DNA of 60,540 nucleotides, filler included, from Piptocephalis cylindrospora (lineage: Eukaryota), in assembly GCA_003614145.1 (NCBI GenBank). It is 11 parts of 11 records of this genome, joined end to end, with 100 filler letters (N's around TTAATTAATTAA, not from the genome) between each part and the next. Parts side by side here need not be neighbours in the genome. Positions count along the whole stretch, not along the records: positions 49,645 to 55,047 come from KZ988395.1; positions 55,148 to 60,540 come from KZ988396.1; 9 more parts are not named here. One strand, 5' to 3'. Shown in pieces: positions 49,545 through 60,540 of this stretch (its first letter is position 1; every line of letters begins with the position of its first letter). The notes under the pieces are model-generated. The model was not told where the DNA came from and did no database searches. It saw nothing but the letters and a program-made list of their open reading frames with translations. Both the position numbers and the translations under genes were made by a program.

Positions 49545-51268
49545 NNNNNNNNNNNNNNNNNNNNNNNNNNNNNNNNNNNNNNNNNNNNTTAATTAATTAA
49601 NNNNNNNNNNNNNNNNNNNNNNNNNNNNNNNNNNNNNNNNNNNNATTCCTGCTTGTCCAAGAACTTCATCTGACTGGACATTGAATTTCCTCCTGAAATA
49701 CCCATTCCCGTTCCCAATTTCCCCAAGTGAAAGTTAGGCCCTCGTGCCATTGCTAGGACTTCATTGAATCTTTTCACTGTTCAAAACCCCCTACGCAACA
49801 GTACTTCACCTATCCCTGGTCGTGTGGTTCTCGCGCTTCCAGTGTATTGTATTTCATTAAGAATAACTTTCTGTAGGAAGAATAATAAAGAAAAGAGTCC
49901 ATGAAGGTAAAAATACCGGCGCGCTTTTGTGAGGCTGTGTATACCTCTGTACACCCTGAACTGACACCCTTTTTCCCCTCTGGTAGGCCCAATTTTGATC
50001 ATAGGGGTGCTTTTATGTATTGGGAGGACCTGACAGACCCATCCGCCTATCTTATTTACTCACTGTGAACATAAAGTGCTTCAGGCGTAAGACACGCATG
50101 GAGTAGTAATTGTCAAGAGCAAAAAGGCTGGAACCACAGCTCAACCTGATAAAAAAAACCAGTATACAGCGGCCTGTACCAAATGGAGAGAACCATGTCG
50201 TCAAAAGGGTGACACGAAGCCTCATGAGGATCTTTGCTGCTGGTATAGAGGTTGTTCGTGATGGTTGGGAAGAGGGGGAGCTAATAGGGTTGGCCAAGGC
50301 TTGTCAATAGATGGGCGGGTATCGCAAGGGCAACCATGATGATTATGAATTCCTAGTCTTGCTGAAGCGACCAAGAAAGGGCTGCTCGAAGGTTATAGAG
50401 GCGGAGGAGGACGAACAAGGGACAGCACCTGAGACGGGACTGGCTCCCCCTTTCCCTACATATGGTCGAAACATCGGGGAAGGAGGGGGGGGGGGGGATC
50501 GACTTATTCCACGACATGAGATTGGATAGAGGGGCGCATCTGACGGAGCCTAAAATTGAAGCGATGCACTTGTGGTTCTCCTCTGCTGATGTGAATCCTG
50601 CGTGCCCGAAAGAACCAATCCGTTTGCGTTCTCTCTTCTTTCAAACACCAACTTTGACTAATGTCTCCATTCTTTGTCTCTTCACAGATCACTTTTTCCG
50701 GTAGGCTCTGCGTCAACATATTCTAAGGAAATAAATGCCGATCCGCAGGGAGTGTGTACGTATGAGGAACCGTTTCAACCCATCCTTTCTTGACCTTGGA
50801 GGAAGGGAAGCAAAGAAGGCACGAAACAGACTGCCAATTAAGTAACTACATTTAACCACATATATTGCAGGGACTGCCCATCGTAGGGTGAATGTCATCG
50901 ACACCATCATGGACCTCGATGGAGGAAACATAAAGAATAGAACAGGGTGGACGAGGATAGAGTAGGAAAGAAGGCTCAGGGTAGACATGCTTTTATACCA
51001 AGATTCTTGAAACAAGGCCGAGGAGAGCTCCAAGAGACGATGAGCCGTAACCCTACTGAGGACATATCCTACTCTCCCATGGCAGTAGGGATAAATAGAG
51101 GCCAAATCAAAGCCTTTTCTTCCCATCCCATCCTACCCACCCTACCAGCCACCCAGCCCTACCCTTCTCCCTGCCTCATTTTCCTCTTCAGAGCACCAGT
51201 CTCTTCCAATCTCACCACTTTTTTCGCTGAGCGACCCTCCCTCCCTTCATCTCATTTTCTTCTTTACC

Positions 51269-51571
51269 ATGAAGCTCACATCCATCCTACTTATCTCCGT
51301 CATGCTGGCCATGCCGCTGATCGTTGCTGCTGCTCCTGCTTCTGATTCTGCCGATACTATTACTGGTACAATGGAAGATCCCGGCGCTGTTTGGAACGGC
51401 TATACCGGCTCTCCCGGGAATACTGAGTGTTCAACCAGTAGTGAATGCAATGATCACGATAAGGGGGGTACTGGCTACTTATGCGCAATCGATAACACTG
51501 GTAGCGTTAAGAAGGGTTACAGAGCCACCTGTGTCGGTAAAGCGACCTACATGGCCAATACGGATTACTAG
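51269..51571 (+). CDS. Small secreted cysteine-containing protein (100 aa), effector candidate
   Basis: Signal peptide MKLTSILLISVMLAMPLIVAA, four Cys, pyrimidine-rich promoter. Confidence 0.75.
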   Translation: MKLTSILLISVMLAMPLIVAAAPASDSADTITGTMEDPGAVWNGYTGSPGNTECSTSSECNDHDKGGTGYLCAIDNTGSVKKGYRATCVGKATYMANTDY

Positions 51572-53726
51572 CTTGCAGGTACGCTTATGCCCTGAACAAC
51601 CCGCTTCCCCTCCCTCTTTAAGGTGTCAGATGCTTTTCAGGAATACCTGTTCAAGAATATATTCGTGAAATTGAAAGTGATTTATCTGGTATCTTCTTGG
51701 ACAACATATTCTTGGCTTAAGCCATCTCCTCCATGACAAGACGCACACTGAGAGAACGTATCCCTGAGGTGAGGTGGAAGCGGTGATTTGGTAGCTGTTG
51801 GCTGCTTTAATCATGCAGTGACGCAGTCAGCGGATGGCATATTCAATCTGTCATTTTAACCAAACCAAACCAGACTCTCCTCTTTGCCTTTAAAGACGCC
51901 TTTCACCCGACCCCCTAAATTAGATAACGCGCATGCGGCAATAATAAGGGAATAACCAGAGACTCTACCTTTACCTTATTCTATGATCCCCTTATTCTAC
52001 ACCACGGATACTGAAGAGGGGCAGAGAGAGTCATATCCGGTAAAGGGCTTCAGATAGTGTGGTTATCATCACCAAATCTTGCCTCAGCCATGCCTTCAGC
52101 AAGAGGGTAGGCAATGGAACCTAGATCATTCATTTAACCTTTGATACCCGTTGCACTTTCTATATGGCAGGCAGCGCCCATATCCTCGTGCATTATCTGT
52201 CCCAACAATCCATCAAACTAGATCATCCTCTCGAGCATGTACCTCCACCGCGCTCGAGGGCCGTCGGTCCAGGAGGAAGAGACAGATTGAAAGTAGGGCT
52301 GACTCCTCTTTTCTTTGCTTTTCTTCCTCAAACTCCATTAAGTCATCAAAGTCATTAGTATCGTCAGCTTGACGAGGCGGGCTAGATAGAAATATCTTCA
52401 TCTAGCAGGGTCTAAACTCTGAGTAGGCATCTGCGATTCTCTGTCGATGTAGGACCTTCTGCCACAACAAGGATTAGTGCGCCACTGTCTGCTACCCTCT
52501 TCCGCTCCTCACATCCTTCCTCTCCCCCATTCAACACCTTCACTTTCATGCGCTTTCCCTTTGGGCATGCCCAGTGATTACTAGATCTATATCCCCTCTC
52601 TCCGACCCAGCTTCCGTCAGCAATTTTCTGATGGCAACGAGAAGGGCCAGCCTCGGATTTCTTAGTCTACCCCTACTTGGCCGTTCGGGCTGCCCATCCT
52701 CCCCCCCTTTACATCCAAGGTAGACGAAGTGAGCACACCAAGGCACCCTGGTTTAGTACAAAGGTCTTTTTCCTCATCGGGCTGATCTTAAAGCACTCAG
52801 GGATGATGATGGGCGAACGAAATCAGAAATAATCTGGACGAATGAAGGGGGGTAGGAGGAAGGGATTGACCCTCAAGCTGCATGAAATCCTCGAAGGATG
52901 GTTGATTATATTAGGATGACATAAATGGATAAGCTAATGGAACTCTAGTGCTTTGGGATGAATTAGCGGCCTCTTTACCATGCCCTCGGCTCCCTCGTAC
53001 CCTGCCTTCCTATCCTTTGGATAGAGCGTACCAATAGTGTCAATACAGCAGCGCATTTTCTCCCCTTGTTCAAGTAGAAAGGCCAGCATCGTGGATGGAA
53101 ACGACCAAAAAGGGAATATTCACAATGAGATTACAGATAAGGGCAGAGTGTATAATCTGGCATGGTCCCTTTGCTCTGAATATATACAACCGTCTTCTAC
53201 TGTGATGTCCGTAAACCGATCACCGTTTAGCATTTTCGTAATGAATGCTGTTGGATTGCTCACCTAGCAAACTTGCTTGTTCTAGGGACACTTCCTATGC
53301 ACTAGCACTGCATAAAAGAATAGGACGGCTAGCGCCTTTATGTATTATTAAGCCGAGGATGCAGACAGAAACACTTCGCAATCTCACATGCCACGAAGAT
53401 CAAAGCAAAAGGAGCTTTCTCTACTGTAAATAAATAAATGCGACCAGAAGGAAAGGACGAACAACAAAACCCATATACAGAGAAAGGCCATCATGCACTA
53501 AAATCGATATGCATGCAAACCGTCTCGGGTTCCAGCAATAGAGCAGTTCCTAATTAGAAAAACTCCAATTAATCACCACACGGCAAAAATAAAATAAAAC
53601 ACATAACCTTAAAGCCAGGCAAACATGCTAAGAGCACAAAAAGCGACACTAATAAGTGATAAGTATGAGAAAGGTTGAATAAAAAACCCTATTCGTAAAA
53701 AAAGCACACAGTGACCCCAACCCTAA

Positions 53727-54164
53727 CCCATCCCCGGAACAGCTATTCCGACGGCTAGATGACCGATCCTTCCCGGTCTTCCATACCTTCCCCATACTGA
53801 AGGGAGGAATAAATTGAAAGTGCTTGTCGGTGGCCGCCAGTCCATTCCCCCTTCATTGCAGGCCTTCCCATCCCCGGAACAGCTATTCCGACGGCTAGAT
53901 GACCGATCCTTCCCGGTCTTCCATACCTTCCCCATACTGAAGGGAGGAATAAATTGAAAGTGCTTGTCGGTGGCCGCCAGTCCATTCCCCCTTCATTGCA
54001 GGCCTTCCCATCCCCGGAACAGCTATTCCGACGGCTAGATGACCGATCCTTCCCGGTCTTCCATACCTTCCCCATACTGAAGGGAGGAATAAATTGAAAG
54101 TGCTTGTCGGTGGCCGCCAGTCCATTCCCCCTTCATTGCAGGCCTTCCCATCCCCGGAACAGCT
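53727..54164. repeat. 140-bp tandem repeat, about 3.1 apparently identical copies
   Basis: Unit starting CCCATCCCCGGAACAGCTATTCCG recurs at 53727, 53867, 54007 and partially at 54147. Confidence 0.97.
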
Positions 54165-54371
54165 TGCAACGATGAAAACTATTACGGTTTTTTTTTACCC
54201 CGATAGGTCCACAGTTAGACGCAGCGTAAGGAAGGTTTTTATTACGGAGTATAGTTACCCCGATTAAAAATTAACCAGGGTCAGTGCCAGCTCTTGTCCC
54301 ATAATTTCCTTCACATGCATAAGGAGCCCCCCTTGTAATGGTGAAAACTACCACACAAATTTCATGAATTG

Positions 54372-54688
54372 GTGAAAAACTGCCGCATATTTTTTATTCC
54401 CCGGCAGGTCTAGAACTAGCCAGCCCTAAGCTCCTGCTCCATAATTCCCCCTTTCATATACAAGGAACCTTTCTCGTCCCCCTTCTCTCAGATTTTGGAA
54501 TGCATATCAAACATTTTCTGTAATGATGAAAATCATTACAAAAGTTTTCACGAAATTGTGAAAGCTTCCCACAAAATTTTCATTCCCCGACAGGTCTAGA
54601 ACTGACTAGTCTAGTACTACCATCCCATAATTCCTCCTTTCGTATATAAGGAACCCTTTTCGTCCCCCTTCCCTCAGACTTTGGAATA
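54372..54688. repeat. Degenerate ~186-bp tandem repeat
   Basis: CAGGTCTAGAACT at 54405 and 54591; paired CCATAATTCC...AAGGAACC...CGTCCCCCTT...TTGGAAT blocks; weaker relics upstream from about 54170. Confidence 0.8.
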
Positions 54689-54844
54689 GAGATAAAATCT
54701 TTTCCCTCTGTTCTTGTTGCCTTGTTATACTTTCCCTCTGTTTATGTTGTCTGGTTGCCAACCAACCGAAAATAAATAATTGGCAGCCAGCTGCTTACTT
54801 ATTACGCAACGTCCCAAGCCTAACAAGGGAGGTTGCCCCCCTAA

Positions 54845-55047
54845 CCCATTTACATTAGCAAATAGGAATTAGATGGCGATGGAAAAAGGCAGAGACTTTG
54901 GCAACTAGGGGTCTGAAAGTGTGGATGAAAGTTAGAGAGTATGGCAATTAGGGAAATTAACGTGTGGGGCTCTGGAGGAGTTGTCCTGGATGCCCATTTA
55001 CATTAGCAAATAGGAATTAGATGGCGATGGAAAAAGGCAGAGACTTT
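54845..55047. repeat. 55-bp direct repeat (period 148 bp) running into the contig end
   Basis: CCCATTTACATTAGCAAATAGGAATTAGATGGCGATGGAAAAAGGCAGAGACTTT at 54845 and 54993. Confidence 0.9.
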
Positions 55048-55147
55048 NNNNNNNNNNNNNNNNNNNNNNNNNNNNNNNNNNNNNNNNNNNNTTAATTAAT
55101 TAANNNNNNNNNNNNNNNNNNNNNNNNNNNNNNNNNNNNNNNNNNNN

Positions 55148-56500
55148 CGGATCAAAAAGAAAGATTCGCCGGAGATGCAGGTGTCGTCGTCTCTACCTAC
55201 TCCATGGTTGCCAATACCCGGCACCGATCGTATGAGTCGGAACAGTTTATGCGCTTCCTTCGTAGCCGAGAATGGGGATTTCTCCTCCTGGACGAGGTGC
55301 ATGTCGTACCCGCCCAGATGTTCAGACAGGTCATCATTACCGTTCCCACTCATGCCAAGCTGGGTCTGACGGCCACACTGGTCCGAGAGGATGAAAAAAT
55401 TGATGATCTTAACTTTCTCATCGGGCCCAAGCTCTATGAGGCCAACTGGATGGATCTTGCAGCCCGTGGACACATTGCTAATGTTCAGGTAAGGAGGATG
55501 GATGGTGATAAAAGGAAAGGATGGGGGTTCCAGGATTACCGTTTCTCACCCTACCATGCCCCTATAGTGCGCAGAGGTGTGGTGCCCCATGTCCCCAGAA
55601 TTTTTCGCCGAGTATTTGCGGCAAAAGTCCAGGACCCGGGCCTTGCTCTACGTAATGAACCCAAAGAAAGCTCAGGCCTGCCAGTACCTCATTCGGTACC
55701 ACGAGGAACGGGGTGATAAGATAATTGTCTTTTCGGACAATGTGTACGCCCTCAAGGAGTACGCCTACCTCCTGAAGAAGCCTTTTATTTGCGGTGAAAC
55801 TGGGCAACAAGAGCGTATGCGAATTCTCAAGCACTTCCAGCACAATCCGGCAGTTAATACCATTTTCCTCTCCAAGGTCGGGGACACCTCGATTGACTTG
55901 CCCGAGGCCACATGCCTCATCCAGATATCTTCGCATTACGGATCACGTAGACAGGAAGCCCAGCGATTGGGACGAATTCTCCGAGCCAAACGGAGAAATG
56001 ATGAGGGCTTTAACGCCTTCTTCTACTCCCTCGTCTCCAAAGATACACAAGAGATGTATTATAGCACAAAGCGACAGCAGTTCCTCGTGGACCAGGGTTA
56101 CGCGTTTAAGGTCATCACGCATCTGGAGGGTATGGATAGTATGGAGGGCTTGCATTATGCGGATTCTCGGGCACGTCTTGAATATCTCCAAAGTGTCCTG
56201 ATGGCTGCAGAGCGGGATGATGTCTTGGATGAGGATGTTCTTGGGGATGGGAGCGACGAGGAGTCCGTGGGTGGTGGGTCAGGCCTTGGAAGATTGGCCA
56301 AAAGGAGTAAAGGTAGCATGCGGAGCCTTAGCGGTGCCGATAGCATGGCTTTTGCCGAACAAGATCGATTTGGGGGCCGGCGGGATGGTCCCGGAGGACG
56401 GAAAGAGCTGGTGGGAAAGGAGAGGAACAAGCTGTTCCAGCAGCTTGAGAAGCGAAAGAAGGCTGCCGCTCGGGAGGAGGAGTTGTCTGGAGATCTTTGA
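55148..56500 (+). CDS. SSL2: TFIIH helicase XPB (Ssl2/Rad25), 5' truncated
   Basis: [71 protein letters not shown]; intron approx. 55489-55567. Confidence 0.97.
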
Positions 56501-56755
56501 GACTCTTCCCATGTCGTTTCTTTTCTATTAGCCCCTAGTTCGTTCAATAGAGGGATGTTTTCTTGAGCCGCTAGATTATGTAATTTTATTTGATAGATTG
56601 ATCTTGTCTATGGTAGAGAAAGACGAGGACCTAGTCTATCATCGCACTCACCAATTGCACTTTCCATACAGTGCCGACATGGGGAGGATGCTATGAAAGG
56701 CAGATGTGTATATTCAACAAAGCGCGTCCTCTATGCAACCGCTCTATCCACTTGT

Positions 56756-57013
56756 CTACTTGTTCTTGGTCTGGCGGAAGCGGAAGCGCTTTCGAGTATG
56801 GGAAAATTCACCTAACTTGTGACCAACCATTTCTTCGGTGATATTAACGGGAAGGTAGTCTTTGCCGTTATGAACCTGGAAGCGGGCACCGACCATATTG
56901 GGGAGAATGGTGCAGGCGCGGACCTTGGTCTGGATGGGGATCTTTTCCGCAATGCACTTTTGCAGATTGGGGAATAGAACAAAGAAGGGTCCTTTCCAGG
57001 TGGATCGTGCCAT
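56756..57013 (-). CDS. RSM19: Mitochondrial ribosomal protein uS19m
   Basis: MARSTWKGPFF...RACTILPNMVG.RFQVHNGKDY.PVNITEEMVGHKLGEFSHTRK. Confidence 0.93.
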   Translation of the reverse strand: MARSTWKGPFFVLFPNLQKCIAEKIPIQTKVRACTILPNMVGARFQVHNGKDYLPVNITEEMVGHKLGEFSHTRKRFRFRQTKNK

Positions 57014-57435
57014 GTTGACTGATGGAAGAGAGGGAATTGACAATGGGAAGTCGGAAGAAGCCTGGGCAGGAGAAGAAAGGGGCAGGGATAGGGTCAGAGC
57101 CATTGGGTCTGGAATTATAAGCACGGGATGGCTGCTGGTCTTGTTGAATTTTCGATAGCCAATCCTATTTTTTGAGTATAATTTCAGAGAGGCCTGGCTT
57201 GACGCATTTGTACGAAATACCAACACAGGCCAGCTCATCCACATCCAAACCCTTTCATTGTGTGTGCTAGTGTGAGGCACACACACTCAGGTACCACACA
57301 TATCCGCGCACGTTGGGATGCCCACACCAACGCCCTACTAACGGGATCCTCCTCTTCTCAAGCTGCCCCAAAGGTTTCGCCGTGTCCAGACCCTTGTGAG
57401 CCAGGCTAGCCCCCTATTTCTCCCTCTTTCCGACC

Positions 57436-58289
57436 ATGGTAAGTTGATAATGGACTATCACAGAGTCCCGGGTGTATATCGGATGAATGGGAAGGAGCCT
57501 GGAGGACGGCAATGGGATGGATGGATGGGCTTGGCCGACCAGGATGTGGATGGGATGGATGGGTGTAGACGGATGGATGGATGAATGGATAGGCGAGGAT
57601 GACCTTTATAAGGATATGGATCCATCCATCCGCCTTGGGACCATTAGGGTATGCCAAAGTAATCGAGAACGCGGATGGATGGATGCGTGGATGGATGGAT
57701 GGATAGATGGATAGATGGATGAATTGCTGATGGGAAATCAAGTTGGTGATCAGGACAGATGAGATTCGTCGTCAGGACCATTACTGATCATCACCGCTCA
57801 CTCACCATTCCTCTTTCTTCCATGTAGTCCCTCGTTGTCCCCGACAAGAACCAATTCCAGCACATCCTTCGTCTCCTCAACACCAACGTTGAGGGGAAGC
57901 AGAAGGTCATGTTCGCCCTGACTGCCATCAAGGGTGTGGGTCGTAGGTACTCCAACTTGGTGTGCAAGAAGGCCGATGTCGACATGAACAAGCGCGCTGG
58001 TGAGCTCACCAACGATGAGCTTGAGCGCGTCGTCAACATCATCCAGAACCCCCTGCAGTACAAGGTCCCCACCTGGTTCCTTAACAGGCAGAAGGACATC
58101 AAGGACGGTTCCGACTCCCAGGTCCTCGCCAACGGTCTTGACAACAAGATGCGTGAGGACCTTGAGCGTCTCAAGAAGATCCGTAACCACCGTGGTCTCC
58201 GTCACTACTGGGGCCTCCGTGTCCGTGGTCAGCACTCCAAGACCACTGGCCGTCGTGGTCGTACCGTTGGTGTCTCCAAGAAGAAATAA
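57436..58289 (+). CDS. RPS18: 40S ribosomal protein S18 (uS13); exon 1 is ATG only, intron 57439-57827
   Basis: [24 protein letters not shown]...[31 protein letters not shown]. Confidence 0.98.
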
Positions 58290-59184
58290 GCAGACCAATT
58301 CTTTTTGGCTTTCCATTGGGTAAGTCCAACTCTTTCTTCCGTTGCTCCAAATCGGAAGAGGATGCTTCTAGAAAGAAGGTTGAGCATAGGATGAGCAACC
58401 TTAAAATCCTTACCTACATTACCCGATTGCTGTGTACCTTGACTGGCCGCTCTTTCCCACATCTTACTCCTCTCGCTCCTCCCCCTTTAAGGGAGAGGGG
58501 ATGATGTTAGGATGAGGGGGATTGGGGTGTTGGGGTATGTCACATGGGGAAAAAACCGGTGATACTCTGATGCCAACTCTCTTTCTTTGATGAATGTCCT
58601 CTTGGATACGTGTGGGTGATCTCTGAGCCGAATCTCTTTGCTGCCTATACTCACCACAACCCTTTTGTCTCGATGTAATTTAGATGGCTGGTTTCGCTGG
58701 CTTTCTCCCACCTTGGCTCTTTCCATGGTAGGGGGCGGAAGGAGCGTGGTGAAATTTCGGATGGAATGCTGGGATTGCATGCAATCCTCTCTTTCTTCGT
58801 CTTTCTCCCTCTCTCCTCCCTATCCCACTCGGCCTTGCCCAGCTCTTTGATGGAAATACACTTGCCCACCTTTCTTTTTCATGGATTGTTTACTATGTAT
58901 ATGTGAATTGGGCAGGATATGTTACGATAGTAGCGTGGGCGGCCTCATAGCGTTATATCTTTATTCATCTGGTGGAATTATTTACTGTTTGCTCCGAATT
59001 AACACGTCCTGTTGATGATAGGGCCATGGTCATAGCAAAACAGCCTTGGTCTAACTTGAATTCAGCCACCACTGCTGAAACTCCAATTAAACAGGATATA
59101 TCTCGTACGAAACACAATTCCTCCCCGACATCCTTCCCAATCACAATGTTTGTCTGACCCTCCTTTCCCTTTCTATGTCACCGT

Positions 59185-59917
59185 TTAAAACCTTTCCTTC
59201 ATCCGGGAGGACACGGTACGTAGATTAGAATAAACCTTACCCGGGGGGCTCCCGAGAATCAAGCTGACCAGGGCATCCCGGGCTACCTTGATGTTCTGGA
59301 AGCTCCCGAGGATGTGGATGCGGGTATCGGCCAGGACAATACGGGTCTTGCTGACATTCTCGATGGTGAACTTGGTCTTGCCGTCCTTACCAGCAATACG
59401 GCCAATAGCACGGGCAAGATGGTCACCGTGCAGAGTTTTGACGTCTTTGATCTCGAACGAGTCAATGTACAAATCATCTAGTCTGAGGAGAGCCATGGCA
59501 TCCTCCACATCGAATCCCAGGGCAAAGGCTCGGACAAAGTCGGCGCCCCGTTGCAATGCCCCGGTATCCACAGTGTGCTTCGACGTCTTGATCTCCACCT
59601 GCTTTGCCTTGATATTCATCCGTACCTGTAGCTTGAGGTGCTCGACCAAGGGCGAGTAGATCTTGAGCCAGGTGGATCGTAGAGGAGACATACGATGCTT
59701 GGGGATAAGGACATTTCGACGCTGAGTCTTACCAGCCTATTGGGACGGGGATGAGAGGATGTAACGCGGCATGACGATACCCAACTAAACTTACCGCCAT
59801 CTCCTTGACGGTTAGAGGCCGGAAGTTGGGCTTGTTGGTCACATCTTCGTCCATCATGACAACATCTTCAGCCTCTTTAGCGGGAGAAACAGGAGGATGG
59901 GCTGGTTGGGAGGCCAT
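59185..59917 (-). CDS. PNO1: Pre-rRNA processing KH-domain protein Pno1/Dim2; intron 59737-59794
   Basis: IPKHRMSPLRSTWLKIYSPLVEHLKLQVRMN, DHLARAIGRIAGKDGKTKFTIEN, SLILGSPPGKVYSNLRTVSSRMKERF. Confidence 0.96.
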
Positions 59918-60540
59918 GATACTAGATAAGAGAAGGAAAGAGGAGACGAGAAGAGGGGCTTCAGATATAGAAAGTGGAGGGCCGATGGAGAAAGAAGTGA
60001 AGGTAGTTTGAGCAGGAGCTGTCGACAGAGGAAGGGAATAGCACTGGAGAGTGTGTAGTGTCTGAAAAAGAAAAAAGAGACTGAACCGCTTGAAAAAATC
60101 CAGGAAGTTGCTGCAGGATGAAGAGCTGGGGGGCGTCGACCACACATCTATTGCCGTATGTAATGGCCACGAATTCAGCACATTACCGGCGTACTCTGGT
60201 AGCAGATTACGCACACTGCAGCAGTGTTTTGCTGTATGTGTGTGTGCGTGTGCAAGTGCCTGACCAAGCTCATGGCAGGTCTCTTGCTATATGTGCTAAG
60301 CCATGCTTTTCTTACCGCCCCATAATGCGATTTCCTCGCAACACCACTATTTTCCTCACAGACAAGAGAGACAGTGCTTTATAAAATAGTAGCTCCATTT
60401 CCGAGTTCAATTCAATTTGTATTATGCCGCGTCTTCTGTTCAATGGCACAGTAACCAGACCACGATCTGTATTTAGAATGCAGAAATCATCAGGGATGTA
60501 CTGGTTCGAGAATCATTCGGGTCTTCAAGCTCATCCATGA

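Noticed and set aside
53723..54125. Repeated ORFs in the 140-bp array; possible CRISPR-like array
   Set aside because: Units are identical with no unique spacers, the context is eukaryotic with no cas genes, and the ORFs are by-products of the repeat.
5458..55147. Regularly spaced TTAATTAATTAA palindromes about every 5.5 kb
   Set aside because: They are embedded in N-runs and are artificial six-frame-stop linkers. Gene adjacency across them has no biological meaning.

Overview
This window is not contiguous genome. It is 11 short (~5.3-5.5 kb) contigs joined by artificial 100-nt spacers (N-run, TTAATTAATTAA, N-run). Nine contigs look like a compact fungal genome with short GT-AG introns and pyrimidine-rich promoters and acceptors; an early-diverging, zoopagomycete-like fungus is an inference only. 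They carry housekeeping genes (cyclin, BCS1-like AAA ATPase, CDF zinc transporter, RPS30, NOP53, SRP102, CFT1, TOP1, PTPA/RRD2, MscL, hexose-6-phosphate mutarotase, DUF1295, SSL2/XPB, RSM19, RPS18, PNO1), a GH18 chitinase and several orphan secreted proteins. The standout is contig 44137-49544, a self-contained 5408-bp unit with 1110-bp terminal inverted repeats ending exactly at both contig ends (CAGGG...CCCTG). The repeats enclose one spliced ~833-aa gene with no DDE transposase or PolB signature I can recognise, but with a motif order reminiscent of Rep_trans rolling-circle initiators. It is a candidate new mobile element or linear replicon. Also notable are a compositionally alien contig without credible genes (27576-33001), a PAM2 motif encoded by a micro-exon of a membrane-anchored protein, GGAT-repeat introns shared by two ribosomal protein genes, and a tandem-repeat-rich, possibly subtelomeric contig.
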